Positions 19,225-28,706 of a DNA stretch of 64,000 bases are shown here, piece after piece. Source of the stretch: an uncultured Acidobacteriota bacterium. GTDB taxonomy: Bacteria > Acidobacteriota > Thermoanaerobaculia > UBA5066 > Gp7-AA6. Below the pieces are notes generated by a model that saw only the letters and a program-made list of their open reading frames with translations, had not been told where the DNA came from and searched no databases. The stretch lies in assembly GCA_963710945.1 (NCBI GenBank), contig CAVQCH010000003.1:193032-257031 (forward strand), given 5' to 3'. Positions within the stretch are counted from its first letter, which is position 1, and the number at the start of each line of letters is the position of its first letter. The position numbers and the translations under genes are program-made.

Positions 19225-22212
19225 ATGAAGATCCGGCAACTCGCCGCGGTCTTTCTCCTGTCGGGGGGAACCCTCCTCGGCCAGCAGTACGAGGTCTACC
19301 GCCAGTTCGTCTGGCCGGGCGGCGGTCCCGTGGAAAGACCGACGATCGGGTCGGACGGCAACATCTACGGGACGAGCGGCGGAGGCGATTTCGGCCGCGG
19401 GGAGATCTTTCGTCTTGTCCCCGACGGAAGCGGCGGGCTCACGTACGAACGGCTGTACTCGTTCCACGGACCCGACGGCGTCGGGCCGGTCGGCGTCGTC
19501 CAGGGATCCGACGGCCGTTTCTACGGAGCGACGACGGCCGGCGGCCAGTTCGCGGGTGGAACCGTGTATGCGTTCGATCCCGCCACCGGCGGCCTCGTCG
19601 TCTTCCACAGCTTCCCGGTGCACTCCTTCTACGGCCAGTATCAGCCGTCTCGCCTGATTCAAGCCTCCGACGGCAACTTCTACGGCCTGACCGTCGTCGG
19701 AGGCCCCATTGGATTCGGCACGATCTTTCGCGTCACGCCGTCGGGCGAGTTCACGGAGATCCACGACTTCACGGGTCCCGACGGCGAGCGGCCCTGGGGC
19801 CCGCTCATTCAAGCCTCGGACGGGTACCTCTACGGCGGCGCGCAGCTCGGCGGCATTGGACTCGGGCCGACAGGCCTCGGGTACTCCGGGGGCGGCACGC
19901 TCTTTCGCTCGGACCTCTCCGGCAACACGACTGCGATCTACAAGTTTCCGGGCCACGACAACTACATCAACGCAGAGCTGGTCGAATCGCCGGACGGCAA
20001 TCTCTACGGCACGTCCGTCAACTACGGCTCGTTCGGCCAGGGCAGCGTGTTTCGCAGCGACAAGGCCGGGAACCTGACCGTGATCCACAGCTTTCCCTCG
20101 GCGCCCGGCGAGGGGATCCTTCCGCTCGCGGGCCTCATTCGGACGCCCGACGGGAACTTCTACGGAACCACGAGTACCGGCGGCGACGGCGGCATCGGAA
20201 CCGTCTTCCGGATGACGACCGACGGCACCGTGACGACCGTGGCGTCCTTCGCGGGAGGTGTCGGTTATCTGTACTACGCCCTCACGCTGGAGCCCGCCGG
20301 AACGATTCTCGGCGTCACAAGCGCAGGGGGCGCCTTCGGGAGCGGAGTGATGTTCCGCATTCCCGTTCCCGACACGGGCTACGAGGTGATTCACGCGTAC
20401 GGCGGACCCGCCGTCGCCGTGGGCCCCGCAAGCCAGCTCGTGCAGACCGCCGACGGCACTCTGTGGGGGACCGCCGGCGGAGGCTCGGCGAACCTGGGCA
20501 CCATCTATCGTCTGTCCGGCGGGCCGATGGTCGCCCACGAGTTCTCGGGCTCCGCCGACGGCGTAAGCCCCGGCAACCTGTTCGCGGCTCCGGACGGGAA
20601 CCTGTACGGCGTGACGGCGAGCCAGGGTCCGGGCGGCTCGGGAACGATCTTCAAGCTCGACGCCGACGGGACGTTCACGACGCTCCATTCCTTCTCGGGC
20701 GCCGACGGGTCGGAGCCTGCGGGCGGGCTCATGCAGGCGAACGACGGCAACTTCTACGGCACGACGGCCTTCGGGGGAGCCAACGGCGGCGGCACGCTGT
20801 TTCGCCTGTCGAGCTCCGGCACCCACACGAAGCTCCACGACTTCGCAGCCAATGCGGTGCCCGAGGAGCCGCGCGGCCGCCTCATCCAGGCGACCGACGG
20901 AATGCTGTATTTCACCGGCTACGGCTTCCGCGGCACGCTCTTCCAGAGCGACCTCGACGGCAACGTCACCGACCTCCACGACTTCCTGCTCACCGACGGT
21001 GAGGAGCCGCCGGCCGGTGTCACCCAGGCGGACGATGGAAACCTGTACGGCACCTGCCGGTTCTGGGGGGACCTGAACGCGTCACTGGGAACCGTGTTTC
21101 GTTTCAGCCTGCCCGCGACGTACGAAGTGATCCACACCTTCGAAGGCTATGGACGAACGCTCGGCGGCGTCGTCCAGGGCGGCGACGGACGCCTCTACGG
21201 AACCGCGACGGGCGAGCTCGTCGGAGGGCCGGGCGGAGTCTGGGGGGTCGATCCCTCGGGCGCGAACTTCGCCTGGATCCGCTTGCTTTCCGGCTGGGAC
21301 GGCGACACGCCGGCCGCGACGCTTCTCCGGGCGTCGGACGGGATGCTCTACGGAACGACGCGGGGCGGCGGCGCGAACGGCCTCGGTCTCGTGTTCCGGC
21401 TGGACCTTTCGAACGCGCCTCCGTCCATCGCCGAGATCGCGCCGGCTTCGGGGCCCGCGTCCGGCGGCGTCTCGCTGACGATCACCGGCGACCACTTCCG
21501 CCCCGGCATCGCGGCGACCGTCGGTGCAACGGCCTTCGCGATCCAGGACATGTACGACCTCCACACCCACTTCGGCGTGACGCCGCCGCTGGCGCCCGGA
21601 TCCCTGAACGACGTGACTGTGACGAATGCCGACGGCCAGTTCGCGACACGGCCTCTGGCGTTTTTCGCGGATTTCCTCGACGCGCCCGCCGACGACCCGT
21701 TCCATGCCGAGATCGAAACGATCTTCCGGAACGGGATCACCGCCGGCTGCGGCGCCGGAAACTACTGCACCGACGCGCCCGCCTCGCGGGCGCAGCTGGC
21801 CGTCCTGCTTCTCAAGGTCGAGCATGGCCCGGCATACGTGCCCCCGCAATGCACCGGGGTATTCCCCGACGTCGTCTGCCCCTCGCTCTTCGCCGACTGG
21901 ATCGAGCAGTTCGCCGCGGAAGAAATCTCGGCCGGGTGCGGGGGCGGCAACTACTGTCCGAACAGCCCTGTCCGGCGGGACCAGATCGCGGTGCTCATCC
22001 TGAAGTACGAGCATGGCCCCGCGTACGTTCCCCCGCACTGCGCCGGCCTTTTCGATGACGTCACCTGCCCGAGCCAGTTCGCCGACTGGATCGAGCAGTT
22101 TGCCGCCGAAAAGATCTCGGTCGGTTGCGGCGACGGCAACTACTGCCCCGACAGCCCGACGACCCGGGGGCAGATGGCCGTCTTCCTGACACGGGCGCTC
22201 GCTTTTCCGTAG
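19225..22212 (+). CDS. Secreted GloVer (Gloeo_Verruco, choice-of-anchor) tandem-repeat protein + IPT/TIG + 3 Cys-containing SLH-like repeats
   Basis: Intact ORF; the track start is GTG 19213, but ATG 19225 gives the signal peptide MKIRQLAAVFLLSGGTLLG. There are many ..DGN(F/L)YGTT..GG..G.GT(V/L)F(R/K).. repeats and the same C-terminal module as the preceding gene. Confidence 0.88.
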   Translation: MKIRQLAAVFLLSGGTLLGQQYEVYRQFVWPGGGPVERPTIGSDGNIYGTSGGGDFGRGEIFRLVPDGSGGLTYERLYSFHGPDGVGPVGVVQGSDGRFYGATTAGGQFAGGTVYAFDPATGGLVVFHSFPVHSFYGQYQPSRLIQASDGNFYGLTVVGGPIGFGTIFRVTPSGEFTEIHDFTGPDGERPWGPLIQASDGYLYGGAQLGGIGLGPTGLGYSGGGTLFRSDLSGNTTAIYKFPGHDNYINAELVESPDGNLYGTSVNYGSFGQGSVFRSDKAGNLTVIHSFPSAPGEGILPLAGLIRTPDGNFYGTTSTGGDGGIGTVFRMTTDGTVTTVASFAGGVGYLYYALTLEPAGTILGVTSAGGAFGSGVMFRIPVPDTGYEVIHAYGGPAVAVGPASQLVQTADGTLWGTAGGGSANLGTIYRLSGGPMVAHEFSGSADGVSPGNLFAAPDGNLYGVTASQGPGGSGTIFKLDADGTFTTLHSFSGADGSEPAGGLMQANDGNFYGTTAFGGANGGGTLFRLSSSGTHTKLHDFAANAVPEEPRGRLIQATDGMLYFTGYGFRGTLFQSDLDGNVTDLHDFLLTDGEEPPAGVTQADDGNLYGTCRFWGDLNASLGTVFRFSLPATYEVIHTFEGYGRTLGGVVQGGDGRLYGTATGELVGGPGGVWGVDPSGANFAWIRLLSGWDGDTPAATLLRASDGMLYGTTRGGGANGLGLVFRLDLSNAPPSIAEIAPASGPASGGVSLTITGDHFRPGIAATVGATAFAIQDMYDLHTHFGVTPPLAPGSLNDVTVTNADGQFATRPLAFFADFLDAPADDPFHAEIETIFRNGITAGCGAGNYCTDAPASRAQLAVLLLKVEHGPAYVPPQCTGVFPDVVCPSLFADWIEQFAAEEISAGCGGGNYCPNSPVRRDQIAVLILKYEHGPAYVPPHCAGLFDDVTCPSQFADWIEQFAAEKISVGCGDGNYCPDSPTTRGQMAVFLTRALAFP
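21661..22209 (+). repeat. Three tandem SLH-like units with conserved cysteines (second instance)
   Basis: The sequence reads FADFLDAP..GCGAGNYC.., then FPDVVCPSLFADWIEQFAAEEISAGCGGGNYCP.., then FDDVTCPSQFADWIEQFAAEKISVGCGDGNYCP... Units 2 and 3 are near-identical at the nucleotide level. Confidence 0.75.
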
Positions 22213-22271
22213 CCACTCCGCGCCGCCCCGGGTGTGGTCAAAGCCTCGCCATGACGCGGTAGGCTCCGGCC

Positions 22272-22964
22272 GTGCCCACACCCTCCCCCCGCCTGCCCGC
22301 CTTCGTCGCCGCCCTCCGGAAGCTCTACGGCCGCCCCGAAACGGCGGAGCCCCATGGCGCGTTCGAGCTGATCCTCTGGGAGAACGTCGCCTACCTGGCC
22401 GACGACGCGAAGCGGGCCTCGGCTTTCGATGCGCTGCGCCGGCGCGTGGGCACGACCCCGGCGAAAATACTCGCCGCGCCCCGCGCCGAGCTCCTCGCCA
22501 TCGCGCGCGCCGGGATCCTCGCCGCCGATCGCGTCGAGAAGATCCGCGAGGCCGGCCGGATCGCGATGGACGAATTCGGGGGCGATCTCGACGGGGCTCT
22601 CGACGGCCCGCTCCCGCAGGCGAAGAAGGCGCTCAAGCGGTTCCCGGGGATCGGCGATCCCGGCGCGGAGAAGATCCTGCTCCTCTGCCGGAAGGAGAAG
22701 GCCCTGGCCCTCGACTCGAACGGGTTGCGCGTCCTGCAACGTCTCGGCTACGGGCGCACGGACAAGAGCTACGCCGCCGCCTACCGGTCCGTCCAGGAGG
22801 CCATCCGGGCGGAACGGAAGGACGACTTCGACTGGCTCATCGCCGCGCACCGGCTCCTGCGCCGCCACGGCCAGGAGCTCTGCAAGAACACGCGCCCTCG
22901 CTGCGAAGCGTGTCCCCTCCGGGAGAACTGCGCGTACTTCCGGTCGTTCGCGGCCGGTGGATAA
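22272..22964 (+). CDS. HhH-GPD / endonuclease III-like DNA glycosylase with Fe-S cluster loop
   Basis: 230 aa. The helix-hairpin-helix is LKRFPGIGDPGAEKILL. The C-terminal motif C-x6-C-x2-C-x5-C is CKNTRPRCEACPLRENC. Confidence 0.8.
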   Translation: MPTPSPRLPAFVAALRKLYGRPETAEPHGAFELILWENVAYLADDAKRASAFDALRRRVGTTPAKILAAPRAELLAIARAGILAADRVEKIREAGRIAMDEFGGDLDGALDGPLPQAKKALKRFPGIGDPGAEKILLLCRKEKALALDSNGLRVLQRLGYGRTDKSYAAAYRSVQEAIRAERKDDFDWLIAAHRLLRRHGQELCKNTRPRCEACPLRENCAYFRSFAAGG

Positions 22965-22971
22965 TGGCCCG

Positions 22972-23866
22972 ATGAGGACGATCTTCTCGAAATCCGTCGT
23001 CGGCCTGGTCGCGCTCGCGGCCGCGGCGACGCTGGCGGCGCAGGAGAACAAGGCCGCGGACCCGGTGCTCGTCGGCGCGGGTGACATTGCCGACTGCAAG
23101 CAGCTCTCCGGCGCCGCGAAGACCGCCAACCTCCTCGACCACATCGAGGGGACGGTCTTCACCCTCGGCGACACCGCCTACGAGAGCGGGACGCCCGAAG
23201 GAGTTCGAGGACTGCTACGCGCCGACCTGGGGTCGCCACAAGGCGCGCACGCGCCCGGCGGTCGGCAACCACGAGTACCGGACCCGCACGCCGGTCGGCT
23301 ACTTCAAGCTACTTCGGCGGCATCGCCGGGCGATCCCGACGAAGGGCTACTACAGCTACGACCTCGGCAAGTGGCACGTCGTCGTCGTCAACAGCAACTG
23401 CGGCGAGGTCGGCGGCTGCCAGCCGGGCTCGGCCCAGGAGCAGTGGCTGCGCGAGGACCTCGCCGCGCACCCGGCGCTCTGCACGGTCGCGATGTGGCAC
23501 CACCCGCTCTACTCGTCCGGCGAGCACGGCGACGACACTTCCATGCGGCCCATCTGGCAGGCCCTCTACGAGGCGGGCGCCGACGTCGTCCTCTCCGGCC
23601 ACGACCACGACTACGAGCGCTTCGCGCCGCAGGACGCCGACGGCAAGGCCGATCCGGCGCGCGGCATTCGCCAGTTCGTCGTCGGCACCGGCGGCCGCGA
23701 GCTCTACAAGTGGGAGCACGGGGATCCCAACAGCGAGGTCAAGAACAACCAGACCTTCGGCGTCCTCAAGATGACGCTCCACGACGACGGCTACGACTGG
23801 GAGTTCATTCCCGTCGAGGGGCAGACGTTCACGGACAAGGGAAGCCGCGAAGTGTCACTGAGATAA
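22972..23866 (+). CDS. Secreted calcineurin-like metallophosphoesterase; four 1-nt insertions
   Basis: Motifs present are GDIADC, GNHEY, WHHPLYSSG and SGHDHDYER. There is a frame switch at g23200. Three further insertions (23309, ~23330, ~23337) garble 9 codons but restore the frame. Length is 895 nt = 3n+1. Confidence 0.8.
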
Positions 23867-23880
23867 CGGGAGAGAATCCA

Positions 23881-24138
23881 ATGGCCAGGCAAGACCCTCA
23901 CATCGACCAGATCCGCAAGGTCACGCCGAGCGCGAAGGGCTGCGAGGACTGCTTGAAGACCGGAGACCGCTGGGTCCACCTGCGCCTGTGCCTCACCTGC
24001 GGGCACGTCGGCTGCTGCGACTCCTCCAAGAACAAGCACGCCCGCGCGCACTTCAACACGGTGAAGCACCCGATCATCCAGTCCTTCGAGCCGGGCGAGG
24101 ACTGGCGGTGGTGCTACGTGGACGACGACTACATCTGA
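23881..24138 (+). CDS. UBP-type zinc-finger protein
   Basis: 85 aa containing CEDCLKTGDRWVHLRLCLTCGHVGCCDSSKNKHARAHF, which is the zf-UBP Cys/His pattern. Confidence 0.8.
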   Translation: MARQDPHIDQIRKVTPSAKGCEDCLKTGDRWVHLRLCLTCGHVGCCDSSKNKHARAHFNTVKHPIIQSFEPGEDWRWCYVDDDYI

Positions 24139-24139
24139 G

Positions 24140-24157
24140 GTGAGGCACCCGCCTCAC
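24140..24157. terminator. Hairpin between convergent genes (possible bidirectional terminator)
   Basis: A gtgaggc-accc-gcctcac 7-bp stem lies 2 nt after the zf-UBP stop and overlaps the stop of the minus-strand gene. There is no clear U-tract. Confidence 0.3.
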
Positions 24158-24973
24158 GGCGCCACGTCCACGAACGGGTGCTCGAAGCTCAGGTAGAAGA
24201 GCATCGAGTACTGGCCGCGGGACGGGCCGATCCCGATCGGCACGCCGACGCCCGCGACGATCTGCAAGCCGCTCTTGAAGTTCCACGCGTATCGGAACCC
24301 GGGCGAGATGAGCAGCGTCTCCCCCACCTCGACCCGGTCGGCGCCGGAGACTGACTCGGTCCGCACCCACAGCGTCTCGAGCAGCAAGTTCCAGGTGGGC
24401 CTCGCGAGAAAGACCACGCTCGCGCCCGCGTACGGCACGAAGAGTCGCCGCGCGATCGCCCTGCTCGTCCTTCGCCCCCGGCGCCCAGAGGGCCCCGACG
24501 TTTCCGTGCGTGACGAACTTGTCCGACAGGACGACGCTGACGGGTATGCCGACCTGGACCCCGACGGATCCGGCGCCGAGGCTCTTCGCGTAGCTGCCGG
24601 TCGGGAAGAACACCGAGAACCGCGGCGCGATCGCGACCTTCGCCTCGCCGTTTCCGAGGAGCTGGTAGCGATAGTTGAGAGCGAAGTCCCCGAGCCCCGT
24701 GTCGGCGCCGCCCTGGCGCTCGACGCGCGAGAGCAGCGCCGTGAACGAGAGCTGGTGCGTCTGGTCCGGCACCGGCCACTCCTGCGAGAAGCTCCACGCC
24801 CATCCGCCGGTCCTCCAGTTCCACAGGAAGAGCTGAAGATGCTGGACGACACCCCGCTCCTGGTTGTATGCCTCCTCGATGAGGAAGCTGTTGTCCTGGA
24901 TCGGCGGCGTCGGGTCCTCGGCCGCGGCGGCGCCCGCGAGAAGGAAGAGGAGCACCGCGGCGCGGGCGCGCAT
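24154..24973 (-). CDS. Outer-membrane beta-barrel 'transporter' (MetA-pathway/Phenol_MetA_deg-like); one 1-nt insertion
   Basis: The signal peptide is MRARAAVLLFLLAGAAAA. Family-like stretches are IEEAYNQERGVVQH, LNYRYQL and a C-terminal ..MLFYLSFEHPF. The frame switches near 24448 (..GDRA|RLFVPYAGA..). Length is 820 nt = 3n+1. Confidence 0.6.
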
Positions 24974-25027
24974 TTCCGGAAAGGATAACCGCCCGCGCGC
25001 CACCGGCCGGCTGCTATCCTCGAGACC

Positions 25028-25453
25028 GTGACGAGCGTTCCTCTTCTCGCAGGCCTGGCGCTCTTCGGGGCCGGCGCATCCGCGATCGGCGGGCCCGAAC
25101 CCACGCCCACCCCCGCTCCCGCGCCGCAGGGGATCTGGGGCGGGATCGGCATCCGCGTCGAGATCGGCGAAACGGCGACGAAGATCGAGCTCGATGCCGC
25201 CCACGGCCGGATCGACGGCCCCCTCGCGCTCGATGACGGGGGGCGGTTCGAGGCGGCCGGCACGCTGGTGCGCGAGCGGCCGGGCCCGGCCCGCGCGGGC
25301 GACGAGGACGCCGGCGCCGAACCCGCGCGGTACCGCGGAACGATCGCGGGAGAGACCCTGACGCTCGAGGTCGCCCTCCCGCGGACCGGGACCTCTCTCG
25401 GGCCGCTGCAGGCGCGGCGCGGGGCGCCCGCCCGCCTGCGAAAAATGCTCTGA
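25028..25453 (+). CDS. Hypothetical secreted protein
   Basis: 141-aa ORF with a GTG start, a hydrophobic N-terminus (VPLLAGLALFGAGASA) and a Pro/Thr linker. I recognise no family. Confidence 0.45.
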   Translation: MTSVPLLAGLALFGAGASAIGGPEPTPTPAPAPQGIWGGIGIRVEIGETATKIELDAAHGRIDGPLALDDGGRFEAAGTLVRERPGPARAGDEDAGAEPARYRGTIAGETLTLEVALPRTGTSLGPLQARRGAPARLRKML

Positions 25454-25483
25454 CGGCCCGGGAGCCGATAGAATCCTCCGCCG

Positions 25484-26257
25484 GTGGAACAACCGCGCCG
25501 GCGCTTTTACGAACACCGGATCCTCGCGGTCCCGCTTTCCTATCTCTGGTGGGCCCTGAACGTCGTCGCCGTCGTTCTCTGGGCCCCGTTCATGGCCGTC
25601 TTCCGCCTCCTCACCCGGAACAACGACCCCGGGCGGCATCGCATCGGCCGCATCCTGCGAAACGCCGGACGGTTCACGATAAAGCTCAACCCGTACTGGG
25701 ACTTTCGCGTGATCGACCGCGTCCACCCGGACGCGAAGCGACCCTACCTCTTCGTCTCCAACCACCGCTCGATGGCGGACGTGTACCTGCTCGCCCTGCT
25801 TCCCTGGGAGATGAAGTTTCTCTCCAAGGACTCGGTCTTCCGGATCTGGGTTCTCGGCTGGGAGATGAAGGTCGCCGGCGACATCTCCCTGACGCGGGGC
25901 GACCGGGAGAGCGCGCGCAAGGCGATGCTCGACATGCGCCAGCGCCTGCTCGACAAGAGCTCCGTCGTCGTCTTCCCCGAGGGCACCCGCAGCGCCGACG
26001 GCAGCCTCGGCAAGTTCCGCGAAGGGGCTTTCCGCCTCGCGATCGACCTCGGCGTGGACATCGTCCCGCTCGCCATCGCGGGCACCGAGACCGCCCTGCC
26101 GAAGCACTCGCTCGTCTTCCAGCGGACGACGGCGACCGTGGAGGTCCTGCCGGCGGTTTCGGTCGCCGGCCTCACCGCGGCCGACGCCGCGGCCCTCGCC
26201 GAGCGCGTGCGCGGCGACATCGCCCGCGCCCTGCATGTAGAGTTGGCGCCGTCGTGA
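25484..26257 (+). CDS. Lysophospholipid (1-acyl-sn-glycerol-3-phosphate) acyltransferase family protein
   Basis: 257 aa. The HX4D motif is NHRSMAD, followed by FPEGTRS, with an N-terminal TM segment. Confidence 0.8.
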   Translation: MEQPRRRFYEHRILAVPLSYLWWALNVVAVVLWAPFMAVFRLLTRNNDPGRHRIGRILRNAGRFTIKLNPYWDFRVIDRVHPDAKRPYLFVSNHRSMADVYLLALLPWEMKFLSKDSVFRIWVLGWEMKVAGDISLTRGDRESARKAMLDMRQRLLDKSSVVVFPEGTRSADGSLGKFREGAFRLAIDLGVDIVPLAIAGTETALPKHSLVFQRTTATVEVLPAVSVAGLTAADAAALAERVRGDIARALHVELAPS

Positions 26258-27225
26258 GCGCTCCGCGGCTCGACATGGCCCTCGTGCTCGAGGCGCGCCG
26301 CGCCCTCGCCGGACGCATCCGGCGCACGCCGGTCGAGCCGTCGCCCGCGCTCTCGGAGATCGCGAAGGTCCCCGTCTTCCTGAAGCTCGAGTCGCTCCAG
26401 CTGACGGGCTCCTTCAAGATCCGCGGGGCGTTCTTCGCCCTGCTGCGCCTCGACGACGCGGCGCGCGCGCGGGGCATCGTCACCTGCTCGGCCGGCAACC
26501 ACGGCAAGGCGATCGCCTACGTGTCGCGGGAGCTCGGCATACCGGCCGAGATCCACGTGCCGCGAACCGTGGACGAGTCGAAGTACCGGGGCATGCGGAC
26601 CCTCGGCGCGAACGTCGTCCGCTCGGACTGCGACGGATTCGACGAGACGGAGCAGCTCGCGCGCGCGGAAGCCGCGCGTTCGGGTCGGCCCTTCCTGACG
26701 GCGTTCGACGACGACGCCATCCTGGCCGCCAACGGCGGCACGCTCGCGGCCGAGGTCCTCGAGGACTGCCTCGAGGCGCGGACGTTCCTGCTTCCGGTCG
26801 GCGGCGCGGGCCTGGCCGGCGGGTTCGCGTATTACGCGACGACGGCCCTCCCGGAAGCGCGCATCATCGGGTGCCAGCACGCGCTCTCCCCGGCGCTCGC
26901 GCTTTCGCTGGAGCGAGGCGAGGCGGTCCTGAAGCTCCCGCCGGTCGCGACGACGGCCGGCGGCCTCGAGGGCGGCATCGGAAAAACCGGCTTCGACGTC
27001 CTGAAGGACCGGATCGCGGGCGTCGCGCTCGTCACCGAGGAGGAGATCTTCGACGCCGTGCGATTCATGCTGGACGAGCATCAGTACCTGATCGAACCGT
27101 CCTCGGCCGTCACCGTCGCCGCCATCCGGACGGGCAAGGCCGGCCGGCTCGAGTCCCCCGCCGTCGCCGTCATCTCCGGACGCAACGTCGCCCTGGCGAC
27201 CCTTCGGCGGATCCTCGCCGCATGA
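26254..27225 (+). CDS. PLP-dependent threonine/serine dehydratase-like enzyme (fold type II)
   Basis: GTGA overlap with the upstream gene. The PLP-lysine motif is SFKIRG, followed by SAGNHG and a glycine-rich loop GGAGLAGG. Confidence 0.8.
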   Translation: MSAPRLDMALVLEARRALAGRIRRTPVEPSPALSEIAKVPVFLKLESLQLTGSFKIRGAFFALLRLDDAARARGIVTCSAGNHGKAIAYVSRELGIPAEIHVPRTVDESKYRGMRTLGANVVRSDCDGFDETEQLARAEAARSGRPFLTAFDDDAILAANGGTLAAEVLEDCLEARTFLLPVGGAGLAGGFAYYATTALPEARIIGCQHALSPALALSLERGEAVLKLPPVATTAGGLEGGIGKTGFDVLKDRIAGVALVTEEEIFDAVRFMLDEHQYLIEPSSAVTVAAIRTGKAGRLESPAVAVISGRNVALATLRRILAA

Positions 27226-28144
27226 AGATCGTCGGTCCGGAGGAGATCCGCCGGTCCGTGAGCCTGTCATCGGCGATCGCGGCGATGCGCGCGGCCGTCA
27301 TCGCGCAGTCGCGCGGCGAGTGCGACACCCCCATGCCCATGCACCTCGACCTCTCCTCGGGCGGGGGCGGGGAGGTCCACATCAAGTCCGGCTACCGCAA
27401 GGGCGGCGGCCATTTCGCGCTCAAGGTCGCGGGGACGTACGTGACGCGGCCGTACGGCTCGATCGTGCTCGTTTCCGTCGAGACCGGAGAGACCGTCGCC
27501 TGGTTCGACGACGGCGGTTACCTGACGGACCTGCGCACGGCGGCGGTTTCGGCGATGGTCGCGAAGGAGCTCGGGCGCCGGGACACGGTCCTCGGCATTC
27601 TCGGCACGGGCGTCCAGGCGCGCCTGCAGGCGCAGCTGCACGCCGAGGTCCTCCCGCTCGCCGAAGTCTGCCTGTGGGGCCGGACGCCCGAAAAGGCGGC
27701 GGCGGCCGCGCGCGACATCGCCGTCCTGCTCCCGGGCGTGCGCGTCGTCGCGCTCGACTCCCCTGCCGACGTCGCCGCGCGCGCCGGGCTCATCGTCGCC
27801 GCGACGGCTTCCCGCGCGCCGCTGCTCGCGGCCGCCGACGTCCGCCCCGGCACGCACGTTTCGGCGCCGTCGGCGCCGACTCCCCCGGCAAGCAGGAGCT
27901 CGACGCGGAGATCCTGCGCCGGGCGTCGCTCGTCCTCGTCGACTCTCTCGCGCAGTGCGAGCGGCTCGGCGAGCTCCAGCACGCCCTCCCCGAGAAGGCG
28001 CGGGCGATCGAGATCGGAGCGTTCTGCGAGAGGCCGGCGCCCTACGACCGCGCCGGCGTCACCGTCGCCGATTTCACCGGCCTCGGCGCCGAGGATCTCT
28101 TCATCGCCGAGGCGTGCTGGCGCGGCCTAGCCGATCGCGCCTAG
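27222..28144 (+). CDS. Ornithine cyclodeaminase / mu-crystallin family protein; 2-nt insertion
   Basis: ATGA overlap with the upstream gene. The Rossmann motif is LGILGTGVQA, followed by ..PGTHV..AVGADSPGKQELD... The frame switches near 27866 inside a tcggcgccg tandem. Length is 923 nt = 3n+2. Confidence 0.75.
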
Positions 28145-28153
28145 AATTCCCGA

Positions 28154-28321
28154 ATGACGCGCGCCGCCCGGGAACACCTGGCCGACAAGGGATTCGGCCG
28201 CCGGGACGGCTCGGTCGGCATCGCGGGGTTCGCGTACTTCCTCGTCGGCCCCGTGATGGCGGCCTGCGGCGCCGTCGTCGGCCGCCGGCGGCGCCTCCGG
28301 TTCGAGGCGACGCTTCCGTGA
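28154..28321 (+). CDS. Small hypothetical membrane protein (55 aa; below the ORF-track cutoff)
   Basis: It runs from an ATG start to a TGA that overlaps the crcB GTG (GTGA). One predicted TM segment is IAGFAYFLVGPVMAACGAVVG. No homology is recognised. Confidence 0.3.
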   Translation: MTRAAREHLADKGFGRRDGSVGIAGFAYFLVGPVMAACGAVVGRRRRLRFEATLP

Positions 28322-28701
28322 GCCGCTTTTTCTGGATCTGCCTCGGGGGCGCCGCCGGAACCGGCGCGCGCTATCTCCTCTCCGGCTGGGCGCTCGCCGC
28401 TCTGGGCGCCGGATTTCCGTGGGGAACGCTCGCCGTCAACGTCCTCGGGTCGTTCTGCGTCGGCCTGCTGATGCAGGTCGGCGTCGCCACGCCGCTTCTC
28501 TCGCCCACGCTGCGCCTCGCGCTGACGACGGGCGTCATGGGCGGCTTCACGACGTACTCGACGTTCAACTACGAGACGATCCGCTACGTCCAGGACGGCG
28601 CGTGGCGCCTCGCGCTCGGCAACGTCGCCACCACGCTCTTCGTCTGCCTGGCCGCCGGTTTCGCCGGCGTGGCTCTGGGGCGCTCGCTCTTCGGAGGCTA
28701 A
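28318..28701 (+). CDS. crcB: Fluoride ion channel CrcB/FluC
   Basis: 127 aa with four TM segments. Family motifs are GAAGTGARYLL, FPWGTLAVNVLGSF and GVMGGFTTYSTF. Confidence 0.88.
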   Translation: MSRFFWICLGGAAGTGARYLLSGWALAALGAGFPWGTLAVNVLGSFCVGLLMQVGVATPLLSPTLRLALTTGVMGGFTTYSTFNYETIRYVQDGAWRLALGNVATTLFVCLAAGFAGVALGRSLFGG

Positions 28702-28706
28702 ACGCC

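Noticed and set aside
24974-25027. AGGATA-N26-TATCCT inverted repeat in a divergent intergenic region as an operator
   Set aside because: The arms are only 6 bp with a long spacer, which is easily chance in 64 kb. There is no adjacent regulator gene.
28145-28317. Possible fluoride (crcB-motif) riboswitch upstream of crcB
   Set aside because: By eye I could not find the conserved pseudoknotted core (GGxGAUG...CC...AAC.GCC...CUGAUGxxxCCUAC-like). The space is filled by a coupled small ORF instead. This needs cmsearch to be definitive.
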